A stretch of 60,838 bases of DNA, the filler included, from Stramenopiles sp. TOSAG23-2 (Eukaryota), in assembly GCA_900128395.1 (NCBI GenBank). It is 5 parts of 5 records of this genome, joined end to end, with 100 filler letters (N's around TTAATTAATTAA, not from the genome) between each part and the next. Parts side by side here need not be neighbours in the genome. Positions count along the whole stretch, not along the records: positions 24,404 to 36,491 come from LT649879.1; positions 36,592 to 48,669 come from LT649880.1; 3 more parts are not named here. One strand, given 5' to 3'. The translations under genes were made by a program, and so were the position numbers. The notes below the pieces were generated by a model, which had not been told where the DNA came from, searched no databases, and was given only the letters and a program-made list of their open reading frames with translations. Below, in pieces: positions 35,101 through 43,300 of the stretch. Position 1 is the first letter of the stretch. Each line of letters opens with the position of its first letter.

Positions 35101-35646
35101 TTAGTGAAACGTGAGGAAGAGGATAATCGACGATTTTCATTAAAGAAAGAATTAGAACGAATGGATAGAAATGAAAAAGAATATGTAAAAGATGCAGACT
35201 TTGTAGATTTATTACGTAGCATCAACGTTGGTAAACATGATGCAAAAGATTTAGCACGTGAATATGAAGGTAGTAGAGAAGGACGCGTTGATTATTATAA
35301 ATTTTTAGATGATTTAAAAGCATCAAGTAAAAAAAAATCGAGTAGGAAAAGTAGTAGTAGTAGAAAACGAATGGATAGCGATATGAAAGAAATTATGCGT
35401 ATCGTTGGAAAATTTGCTCGTAAAAACAATAGAGCTATGAAATCATTTAAAAAAGAAATGCAACGAATTGATCGTAAAGATCGTGGATTGGTAAATAAAG
35501 GTTTATTTAAAGATGAATTTAATGAACTTGGTGTTGATTTAAGTAAAAGTGATTATAAACAAATCGAACGTTATTTCCTTGATGAAGATACGGAAAAAGT
35601 GAATTATTTAGATTTTTACGATGAAGCGACATCCGATCAGAGGTAG
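26146..35646 (+). CDS. RPGRIP1L: RPGRIP1L/fantom-like ciliary transition-zone protein (coiled coil + two C2 domains) fused to a very long EF-hand array; 3166 aa, single exon
   Basis: N-terminal MSRDLEERY..IKRLYTKI coiled coil; GENILEIYI..TFVMCDFYDYETQTTP..GLSPQYNF (RPGRIP1-type C2); second C2 NYLEVVIVRC..EPVF; >30 EF-hand-like loops (e.g. DTDGDGEVSYKEF, DLNGNGYIDQVEF). Confidence 0.82.
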   Translation: MSRDLEERYLETRDRNLLLRKKNNEQEQTIKRLYTKIQMIEEGLRRRGHGSTMDASKSKTRTNKMDDVATSKLITDLKKRNMSLQKANTDLREKLRLALMENRQIANTPGGKRRILAQQKRNATSRKGATHHGGRSNLLPRDENLQGMLKSFANTTNNVKHDKKTKELVGALRNRLVSTEKRLQRLLQENKDLRVRSSINSPTRGNGSSTGTHHHHHTADTLELQRELRDKTAQLTLLNSRYEHLEGRSRAAQEMHHAALQKMEDNNKVIREMRRKLQLLAAEKESLEKSKERCQDLEHEVAGLRKETAELEEAMARLCESPFINTSYKNEKEVMELRKHRKDAKSQLMQIEFLQDAVKSWRSRVAETQHNLQTLRNEKEALAKEKADLELRLEESDRANELLKDKMRLYSGETGVDTSDLERALTLVKRHTDRPSEVDFLDNDMEDVDDMEAVPALRKRIQKLQIKQLEQQRELDRADRMLKAQSSINRDLNTELELLKSRYTADKSTLQKKVDDMEHVASKRTARIKTLEAQVKQSMRSARGNNIVLNDDIPATSSNMTQMNADSALANPDADFEPGENILEIYIVDATLSSGESLQPGSIMFGGNSTTLTPDSTTFVMCDFYDYETQTTPIMTGLSPQYNFAATYKIETESMFFMRYLSSEQLVLELNLARMADFELVGVCSLSLLELTNDNGAITFKMAPILSVRDGTTIGHLHVQMKLALPVTELFELYLRENPSERQRVERLRLVDRDMAIDAAERARQQNYLEVVIVRCTQLRTRTGEVPKAYVGYQLFNYQGVITNVAEETTEPVFDSEQALPIQINNKFMRALRKENLEMNVFDDLTREDDEPIGTASVPLGALAEGEPIVGAFDLRSPSGTLCGQLFVNIRWRIPLQIGNIGSVGNERALDTEEIRYMERRFETRGKNGANTGNVSYKQFLRYVVPQAEFLSVQNKVRNACMQDRGKSLRSAVRRYERNNGEILLTSSEVEDIFEGVSGRTNLLSRMEMNVLFEHLDPVASKMIEPKRFLEFCSPPDTQAQVTEDKLRAYFRSLHRNRPDYREEFRQFDSGNTGSITRPEFRKALVNCGMTVEGTSIDKKFRDGNNDFGVQDEGDKNWSKSAPGGEDVITSRKGGDDFDDLNNTLKSDFNKRMNEAEQASKAAAARSQVPKIALDSNQKKNKAKQDSAKNRIERNYLQDSNNNNNNNNSRKKRTNVVEGNVSHAEEELKEFVMDVTGSDGTHTLNDIENAIGAMANDDGNISKKDLSKALSSVGISLSKESLRILFTHFDRYDDGVIDYKEFVRFSSSRPSKSGVLVSQFRRALWKTDPVTAFNVMDSNGDNHISKREFVKGVRKMGIRNVTDQDIDMLMHQFRVKGSEGIDLRAFIDFAADAQREADSRLGTAEEALRNIVAKAASKGLDMGQTFKAFDANDDGKISKKEFQNAVSKLGKSLDFSLTPKELDQLFARFAGSKRAKYIKYHDFVDYFNSTTETDEAEKENLRRWKDKTKDVKPVREHTLQARAHHVTREAARQKHDLTEYFERYDLDGSEHVRTTEFIAATTAAGFFFSLSECRWLSEKFKASGVTDGVDYKSFFIWATESSSRVQAVGDKLRTMVANLARRDGDMDFGPILQAFDPTETNRITKKTFTKGLQKLQLNLSESEIDVLMGHFTTDRNGNIQYDAFVKYIFGEEGKGAIDAQRRTNTNKKTKANRDISMDAREEATDAISKLKIMVREAARKGVDYRDSFEHFDPSRTGKISRTDFKRGLNQLNIVLLDDEMDAVMTRFDSENTGRVRYSDFLSVVAPQAQKRQVDKEVQKAADRLRSMVKQRAHAKKGSMRDPFQHFSVKKSSFNSAELFEGLKLLNIELTADKVNILFEMMDKNSDGKVTYNEFKLFIGDSHYHDVENRLRANITRLATTWTGDKDFRKVFHRLDDDGAGSLSRKKFKEGLEDLGFELTSREFERVLDRFDTDGDGEVSYKEFVSFIKNRYDSFKPVEKLKQRLRGRLNEMSSSKKEMWRAFRNLDLNGNGYIDQVEFKDGLKDLGFNLTSSEANDVMQYFDFHADGRISYEEFVAFLEGDDATSANSTRKKKNFGSSDRKGNGLLMHKLRRAFRQQWADGKDAHEVFESADIDMEGVLTPKQVFRILRDKFNMSLSQDNEDELIRKFARDDNMQFNYPDFLNRTSPAYTGHVSVGNKVDAAAAKLRTVVQKRVRDTGGKNLKDPFSHFDKRDRGYFDMRAFSKGLKLLNIDLNSSDEEKLFEMIDGNNDGRVRYNEFAVFVNGTRYNNVASRLRTKIGQIARKWNGGKDLRKAFDKFDRDDNGFITSREFHRTVKDFGFDLNKFEIDTLMHQLDVDGDGRITYREFIDFVHQRVEKYNKVENLPQKVKKRIQRHARGEELWNIFQDMDRDGNGVLDKKEFRKGLDSMGLNLSSTENNDLMEYLGHETRSGKMVINYMDFNDFINSDDGSNNGGSDSSDDGSRGGGGAKGVDRIILRLGKEVARRTRNGRTFDMHKPFNRADRRNKGVVDERTFKRCMEDLDDGDGNMELSSSEYKMLFKEFNDGGMINYESFLDEIIKSGKTGSSTRNSTKGHVERIIKDIRKEIRKAWKDGVDYHDAFERFDRKVKGWISTKDFLSGLKDMNIRVSRKDESALVGKFDPSDKGEIDYHTFLTIVAPSYSDRGAQTHDDLVMEAGEKLRRLVKIRAKDMDGDLRDPFRHFDQKERGGFSARQFETGLELLKIRLNARDVGKLFRLIDLNNDGEIRFNEFSTFIYGSKHSDAISRLRAKVTQLARNWDGGRDMHKAFKRFDRDNKKFVTGREFGKVLKSNGFEFTDVEIDMIMMRFDIDGEDRITFADFMEFIDQRVRKFSKVDKLHTKIRQKIKKAAKKTGSAKNVGAVFHAMDTDGNGSLDRNEFNEGLIDLGIELRALELDDLIDYFDHNGNGSVSWEEFVDFVDHDYEELNDNDDDDDDSSSSGLLKRVSKLVKREEEDNRRFSLKKELERMDRNEKEYVKDADFVDLLRSINVGKHDAKDLAREYEGSREGRVDYYKFLDDLKASSKKKSSRKSSSSRKRMDSDMKEIMRIVGKFARKNNRAMKSFKKEMQRIDRKDRGLVNKGLFKDEFNELGVDLSKSDYKQIERYFLDEDTEKVNYLDFYDEATSDQR

Positions 35647-35735
35647 GTGGATGTAGTTGATGAAGATACGGAAAAAGTGAATTATTTAGATTTTTACGAT
35701 GAAGCGACATCCGATCAGAGGTAGGTGGATGTAGT
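35579..35735 (+). repeat. Exact 78-bp tandem duplication spanning the stop codon of the RPGRIP1L-like gene
   Basis: ttgatgaagatacgg...gaggtaggtggatgtag at 35579-35656 and 35657-35734. Confidence 0.95.
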
Positions 35736-36235
35736 CGACAATCTGAACAGAGGTATAGCTGATGTATAGGTGTGGAGTCGAAGACGTATGTTGTGAGAAG
35801 TTGACCAGAGAGGTAGGTGGAGTCGAAGACGTATATCATATAGTATGTTATATTGTTGTATCATATGATATATGATATATGTGATGTGATGAAAAAAAAC
35901 ATGATATCATATTTGGTAAATAAAAAACAAAAATTGTGTGAGTGTGTATTGGGTATTGTGTATAGTGTTGAGCGTGGTGTGTTGTAAATTGTCATGGACA
36001 GGCAAGTTGCAAAAGAAGAGACGAGATGTACGTGATATATTAAGTAGAGAGAGAGATTTGGTCATTTGTATGATTATTTTGGATGAGATTTGTGAGAAGA
36101 ATTGTGAAAGAGAATATATAAAAAATATGCGTATATGACAATTTATATGATTAAGTTTTAAAATATGAACAAATACGTTTTAACATGCCAACAAAACCTT
36201 TTTTCTATACACGCACACTCAATAATTTCGTTTTT

Positions 36236-36489
36236 TTAATCATTTAAATCACCATTACCTGCTCCTACAGCTCTACCATTTTCATAAATGCCAATTTGCT
36301 TTTCCACCAACGTAAAAGTGCAATGATCTCTTGGCGAGTTGGACTACGATTATCACGATATGCACAGTCCAGGGGAGTGAATCCCCCCCTGTTCTTCTTA
36401 TTAATGCTATCAAGAGACATATGGGTTAATAACAATTCAATCAACTCAGTATTCGTTCTGTTATAACGTGCTGCCCAATGTAATGCATT
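36236..36489 (-). pseudogene. 3' fragment of an ankyrin-repeat gene, cut by the contig end and possibly frameshifted (not in the ORF track)
   Basis: Minus strand translates NALHWAARYNRTNTELIELLLTHMSLDSINKKNRGGFTPLDCAY..QEIIALLR with a stop at 36265; shifted frames continue GGKANWH and ENGRAVGAGNGDLND*. Confidence 0.65.
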
Positions 36490-36491
36490 CC

Positions 36492-36591
36492 NNNNNNNNN
36501 NNNNNNNNNNNNNNNNNNNNNNNNNNNNNNNNNNNTTAATTAATTAANNNNNNNNNNNNNNNNNNNNNNNNNNNNNNNNNNNNNNNNNNNN
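36492..36591. other. Artificial contig spacer
   Basis: 44 N + TTAATTAATTAA + 44 N. Confidence 0.98.
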
Positions 36592-37440
36592 CTACTCGAT
36601 TCCCTTCGTTCTTCCCTGCTACAGCCCATACCTTAAAATATGAGCGTAGATATGTACAAAACTAAAACATCCAAAAATATTTTTTCTCTAAATTTTGGAT
36701 ATGTACAAAACATCCAAAACTATTTTATATTCTATTCTAGGAATAAGAATATCCGATTTTTTGTAACAAAATCCCAATATCTTCCGATCAAACAGACCAT
36801 AAAATTCGTATATTAGTATACTTATAACACCAGCACAATATAAAAGAACAACTATACCATATTAATATTGTTAGTATACTTAAAAATTAATTTCCATTTT
36901 TGAAATCCACACGTGCAGATATTATAAAAAGAAACTCTCGCGAAACAAAAAAAACCCGGGCCTTTTTTCGCCTCTCTTTTTGAAAGTTAAGTATAACTTT
37001 CTGTAGTCTTATATTTTTATCATAGACATAGCAAAGGAAGACGAAAAGACGAAAACGCGAAAACAATTTTATATTTGTTAGCAGTGTTTTTCTTATATAC
37101 TAACAAGTATAGAGAGAGAGCTGTTACAACTTACACACATCAAATCCTTTTTTTCAGCTACAGCTTTGGTATGTATGTACCACCTGATGTGTACCTACTA
37201 TTGGTACTTGTAAATATATATATACATATGGCATTTTAATAATACAATTTGTACCTATAAATTTAATTACTATCCATCATAGATATACATTCAATGACAT
37301 AATATATATATATATATATATAAATACAGAAGTATATCTGCCATCAGGTTAGAGGATATATATTGCACTTCGTATAACATTTATATATTAATATTATATA
37401 TAAAAGAAAAACAACAATAATAAGAAATAAAAAAAAAACA

Positions 37441-38694
37441 ATGTCGTCATATAAACCAAGGTGGGGAAATCGATCGATTAAAATGCCAACGCCACCACCA
37501 GATATGTACATGCCAACTGGACCAGTACGTGGAAGGTTTAGGGAAGTATCACCACGTAACTTTAATGCATCGCCAACGATACAGCGTGTGCAACATCGTG
37601 GACGAAATGTAAATTATGCAAATACTGCTGAACAATATAAACGTATGAGTGAACAATATATTGAAGAATTAGGTAAAACAAAACGTATTGGAGCATCATT
37701 ATTGGAACAGCTTCCATCTGCATATAAAGCATATAAAGATGCTGATAAACCACTTGGAGTTAAAGTTTATCCAAAGGAATATGTAAAAAATAGTTTTGAA
37801 CCACAACGTTATTTATCACCTCGACAAAATCGTTCATTGCCAGAAAAATCTACTATTGTTAATTTTGAAACTGTTGCTAATAAAGAGACATCTGCTTTAG
37901 CACGTCAAAGTAATTTAACCCATACAAGCAAAGTATCTAGATTTGTTATGAATCAAGAACCAGATTTTAAAGCATCGTTTCGTAAAAATTTCGAAGAGGT
38001 AAATCAACAAAAAGACGTGATCAAGGATGAAATATTTTCACCAAGAAGAAGCTTACCATTACCAATAACACATCCAATGATGCAAATTAATACATCGCGT
38101 AAACGACAATATGCTGGAAAACACAATAATGAACGTAGAGATTCAGATTATTCATCGATAAATGATAAATTACATGTCATGGGTGAACCAGTAACAGCAG
38201 ATAATTATTCATTAAAAGGTAATGAAGGCGGTGGGGATACCGCAAGAAGAGATGTTGGCGGGGAAGATGGAAGCAACACTAGTCGTTCATTTTATTTATC
38301 AATGCCAAAATCATTAGGGCGTAAAAAACCATTTGAACAGAAAAAACAATTATATGTAACAAAAGATTGGTCGAAACCACAATATCCTGATCCTGGAAAT
38401 CAACTTGAAAATCATAAACTATATAATATAAAACGTTCCTCTGGTTTACGAGCGCGTGATTTTATATCAGGTGGAAAAGATGTATTATTAAATCAAGGTG
38501 GTAAAACTGGTGTTGAAATAGTAGATGAATTTAATAAAAATAGTACCAAAATTGGGGCATATAGTCCGGAAAGTGTACATGGTGTAAAAGCATCCTATGC
38601 ACGTGATTCAAAAGCATATAGAAGATCAGAAAGAACATGGGATTCCATGGTTGGTCATAGTCGATATACTAGTAATGGTAATTTTGAATATTAG
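37441..38694 (+). CDS. Hypothetical basic, probably disordered protein (417 aa)
   Basis: Long ATG ORF after an A-rich leader (aaaacaATG) with coding-like composition; many SP/SPR motifs; no domain recognised. Confidence 0.75.
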   Translation: MSSYKPRWGNRSIKMPTPPPDMYMPTGPVRGRFREVSPRNFNASPTIQRVQHRGRNVNYANTAEQYKRMSEQYIEELGKTKRIGASLLEQLPSAYKAYKDADKPLGVKVYPKEYVKNSFEPQRYLSPRQNRSLPEKSTIVNFETVANKETSALARQSNLTHTSKVSRFVMNQEPDFKASFRKNFEEVNQQKDVIKDEIFSPRRSLPLPITHPMMQINTSRKRQYAGKHNNERRDSDYSSINDKLHVMGEPVTADNYSLKGNEGGGDTARRDVGGEDGSNTSRSFYLSMPKSLGRKKPFEQKKQLYVTKDWSKPQYPDPGNQLENHKLYNIKRSSGLRARDFISGGKDVLLNQGGKTGVEIVDEFNKNSTKIGAYSPESVHGVKASYARDSKAYRRSERTWDSMVGHSRYTSNGNFEY

Positions 38695-38949
38695 GAGGAG
38701 GACAGACGGGCATACGCTTTTATATAAATTTAGATGTGGGAGAGAGTGAGTTGTGTGTAGGTAAAAATTAAATATCATAAATATCATACTTTGATTAGAA
38801 TATTACCCGCACACACAGTTGTTTTAAAATTTTCTCCTTTTTTTTTTAGTTTTTGTATAAATATCTCTCTCTCTCTAACACGTTTTGTTCGTATATTTTA
38901 AAATAAATACGGCGTATTTTACACGCATATCAATATTAAGCTTTTAACA

Positions 38950-39735
38950 TCATATACACTTTTGTTGTGTTGGTTGTATTGTTGTTACATTCTTCTTCGC
39001 GTTCATATTTGACGATGGTCCAAAACCATTGATTGGATCTTTAAATTGACATCTCCATTCCATTGATGTACGTGACATATTTGTTTGATTTTCAATATCA
39101 TCAAAACGAAAGCTACCATGTACAACAGCATTTTCACCACCACTACGAAATATTACAGCATATCCAAAGTGTAAAGGTATTGATGGATAGATTAAACAAG
39201 CATTTTTTTCAAATTCTGATATGATAAATTTCTTATCTTTTGTATATATATCTTTCAAACCAATTGTATTTAATAATGTATTTTCATATTTAATAAATCC
39301 TAATTGAAAGTCTGTTAATATTTCAGAAGTTAATGGAAGCCAAATATTTACAAGATCAGAGTGTTCCTGGTCTATATGGAAAAATTGCCCAGGTTTTTGC
39401 ACTGGTAGTTGTTTTCGATGCATTAAATCTTTAGTTGCATTACTATTTCGTACAATTAAATGACGTAAGCTATATTTGTTACATATGGGTAATATTTCAT
39501 GAAGCCATTCTTCTAATAAATTTTTAGATGCTTTTACCTCTGCAATATCAAATGTATTATTTAATGGTAAAGTTGTTTGAAATTGTTGTATTTTTTCGAT
39601 AATTGCGTTTGGTAATTTAAATATTTCAACACCATCACGTTTAAAATCATTAAATTGGTATTTTGCTGTCTTTAACGTCATTGTTCTTAATCCATTTGGT
39701 ACTTTATGTTTAATTGTAATAGTAGATGATTTCAT
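38950..39735 (-). CDS. CmcJ/NvfI/AsaB-like Fe(II)/2OG oxidoreductase
   Basis: FFHIDQ (HxD), LVNIWLPL, VIFRS, VVHGSF, SRTSMEWR resemble the family pattern H.D..NvW.Pl..H.aF..R.S.E.R. Confidence 0.65.
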   Translation of the reverse strand: MKSSTITIKHKVPNGLRTMTLKTAKYQFNDFKRDGVEIFKLPNAIIEKIQQFQTTLPLNNTFDIAEVKASKNLLEEWLHEILPICNKYSLRHLIVRNSNATKDLMHRKQLPVQKPGQFFHIDQEHSDLVNIWLPLTSEILTDFQLGFIKYENTLLNTIGLKDIYTKDKKFIISEFEKNACLIYPSIPLHFGYAVIFRSGGENAVVHGSFRFDDIENQTNMSRTSMEWRCQFKDPINGFGPSSNMNAKKNVTTIQPTQQKCI

Positions 39736-40343
39736 CTTAAAATGTATAAAATGCACAATAATTATTCAACAAATGATAAATGGTATTTTTTATTTTAAAA
39801 ACATATATATATATATTAGTGTGTGTATGTATACAAGTTTTCTTCCCCCCCCCAATATATTTATAAGTTTTTTTCTCTTTGATAGATATCTATTTATATG
39901 TTTTTTTATCTGATAAATGATTCTTTGCCCGATCCTTGCAATTCATTCCAATCATTATTCTATTTTTTTACAAAAAAGAAGAAGGACACGCGGGGGCATC
40001 GAAGAAGAAGAAGAAGAAGAAGCATTATTATTTCGAATACTTATTAGAGGATAAATAAAACAATAATAAGCAACAATACATTGTAAATATACAATATATA
40101 TATATATATATATATATCATTCTCTGCAGATAGATATAGATACATATTATTTGGTAACTTAGATATTATTGTTTATAAATTAGTTTTTTGTTGTGTATCA
40201 TCTTATAGTATAATTATATATCGTTTTTTTTAAATTAATTAACAAATTTAATAAAATACAGATTTATATCATTTTTGGTTGGATTGGGCTAATTAAATTT
40301 AAAATTTATTTTGAAATAATAATAATAATAAATAATCATAATC

Positions 40344-43300
40344 ATGCCAAACCATATCATCGTCACCATCGTTATTTTCGTTATAACTATTGTAAATCAT
40401 TTATATGTGCCAACATTTGCATCCATTTGTAATCAAAATAATCCTCCAAAAACACCTTGTGATCTAGGTTTTTATTGTTCAAAAGTCATAGTAGAAGGTG
40501 GAAATCAGTGTATTTCTTGTTCAGCGGGTAAATATGCAGATACAACTGACTCGATACCAACTGCTGATGGTTGTAAAAAATGTGCAAAAGGGCAATATGA
40601 AGACGAAGCTGCATCAAGGTCGTGTAAAAAATGTAAAGAAGGTCAGTATGGGGATATTGAGGAATCGACATCATGTAGCAAATGTCCAAAAGGTAGATTC
40701 AATGATATTCGTGGAATGATTAGTGTGAATCAATGTAAAATATGCTCTTCTGGAAGAGCTGGTGAAGTAGAAGGTGGAACAACTTTTGAAGCTTGTAAGG
40801 AATGTCCATCTGGAAAATATGCTTATAGCACAGCTACATCATGTAAAAATTGTAATGTACAATTTCCATTATCAGCAAGAGGAACTACAAATTTACCACA
40901 ATGCAATAATGTTTGTCCTAGTGGAACCTATTTAGCATCAGGAAATCAATGCAACACATGTGTTGCGGGTAAGGTCTTGAAATATTCAACTGGCATTCAT
41001 TACTGTGAGGAGTGTGAAGCTGGAAAGTATTCGTTAAGTAATTATATTTTTTGTGCAAATGATGGTGAGAATTGTTTTTGCAAAGGTATAATACGTCGAT
41101 ATCATTATAAACGTAATAATTATCCAAATGATATGGAAACTGGGTATAAATATTTAAATGTTTTTGGTACAGTAAAATGCAATTCTGCACTGTTTGGTGA
41201 AAGTGGTACGCCTATTAACAATGGTGTAAATTTAGCATGCTCCTGTTCTGCCTTTAGCACTCAATGTAATGATTGTGAAATTGGTTATTATTCTAGTCAA
41301 CCAGGACAAGAAACATGTAAATCATGTAATCCTGGTCGTGTCAATAGTGTGAAAAGGGAAACATCTTGCAAAGAGTGTGATATTGGTACTGTGCAACCAG
41401 GATACGGAAAATCACAATGTGAAAATTGTGTAGCTGGAAAAGCAGCGATTGATAATTCAAAAGCATGCGTTGAATGCCCAGGTGGTACCTACACTGCTGC
41501 TAATCTTGAAACTAATTGTAAACAATGTGAAGCTGGCAAATATTCTGAATTAAACATTATGTCCACATCATGTAAAGATTGTAAACCTGGTAGGAAATCG
41601 CCTCCACAAACAGCACCTGTTGATATCCCTAACTCTTACTTGGATAATTGCTACAACAGATGTCCAAAAGGTAGTTATGCGATTAATAGTCAATGTGCAT
41701 CATGTGATGGTGGTAAATATAAAAATGATAATGGAGATGATAAAAGTTTATGTATAGATTGTATAAAAGGCAAATACAATTCAGATGGTGGTGTTTATTT
41801 TAAACATCATGAGGAATGTACTCTATGTGCTGGTGGTCGATACTCTTCGATAAAAGGAAGTTTAGAATGCACGTTGTGCAATCCTGGCTACGTACTACGA
41901 AATATAACAAACAGTCCTTGGAAAGATGAATCAATTGCCTACAAATACCATGATAACTCGAATGATTGTAAAGCATGTGCTGTTGGACAATCCACTAATG
42001 GTAAGGCTGGGGAACAATTTTGTAGCAATTGTCCAGTGGGTCTATATTCACGTGAAGGTAGTGCAGTTTGTTACGATGCCAGTGGCTTGATTGAAGATGA
42101 AAGTTTGTACATAGCGGAACAAATGGAATTAATTGCTACTAGACATATCGGGAAAGAAATTCAATATCCGGCAATTAAAATTAGTGGATGTTTCGTGCCA
42201 TCGACTGGTGGCCAGTCGCATGCAAATGTTACATGTTCACAAACATATGATGAATCATTAGAAAATGTACCACATGGATATTTTGTTCAATGGTCAAATG
42301 ATAGAGATTTTAAGACATTGATCGGATCATCAAAAGTTGATTTAAATAAACGTTTTAAATTTCACTTTCAAATAAACTTAACAAAAATAGATATCATCAA
42401 TGAAACGTTACATATTAGAGTTGCATCTTACAACAATATGAATGAACAAAATAGGGGTAAATGGAGCTTAGCAGATACATGGCTCAATCGACGTGATTGT
42501 GATTTTACAAGAGAATTTTTAGACATTGATGGTATACACTTCCAAAATGAAAAGGCACGACTAGTTAATATAGAATCAGGTAAACCAAGCACGTGGAAAT
42601 GCAGGCCGTGCCCTGTTGGTTCGTCGTGTGAAGGTTATTATACATGGCCGGATGTCCGCGCGAAGTTTGGATATTGGCGATACATAGTGGAAACTGAAAT
42701 GGCTAAAGATGGTGTGAAACAGGAATCTGTGTCGTTTTTGGAATGTGCTGTCCATGAAGCATGTCTTGGTGCGAAAAATGATGACTTAGCATTTAACCTG
42801 GTTGAGGTTTCAAATTCAGATACAGTACCACTTGATACATCTGAAAGATGCAATGAATTGCTCGGTTTTCAGGAAGGAAAGCGTTTGTGTGCTGTTTGTT
42901 CAAAAGGGTACCATGTAATGGATACGTTTGGTAATTGTAAAGTTTGTCCAACTGTAGCTGCAATGGTCGTATCACTTTTCTTTACATTCATAGCATTGGC
43001 TGCATTGCTTGCTTTCATTACATATACAACCGTGAAAGAAGTAGATATACAAAAAAGTCAAGCGGAAGTTATCAAACGAATTATTTTAAATTATTTCCAA
43101 GTTATTTCGCTTGCAAGTACATTTCCATATGAATGGCCAGAAGAAGTCCGGTTTATATTCACTGGCACTGGTATTTTTTCAAGTATTGGAGAAAGTCTTA
43201 TCAGCATTGATTGTATCTTCCGTGACTATGACAAATATGTTGTGTTTTACATCCGTCAAATAGCATTTGCACTGCTTCCAATCTTTGCTGGTGCGTTATT

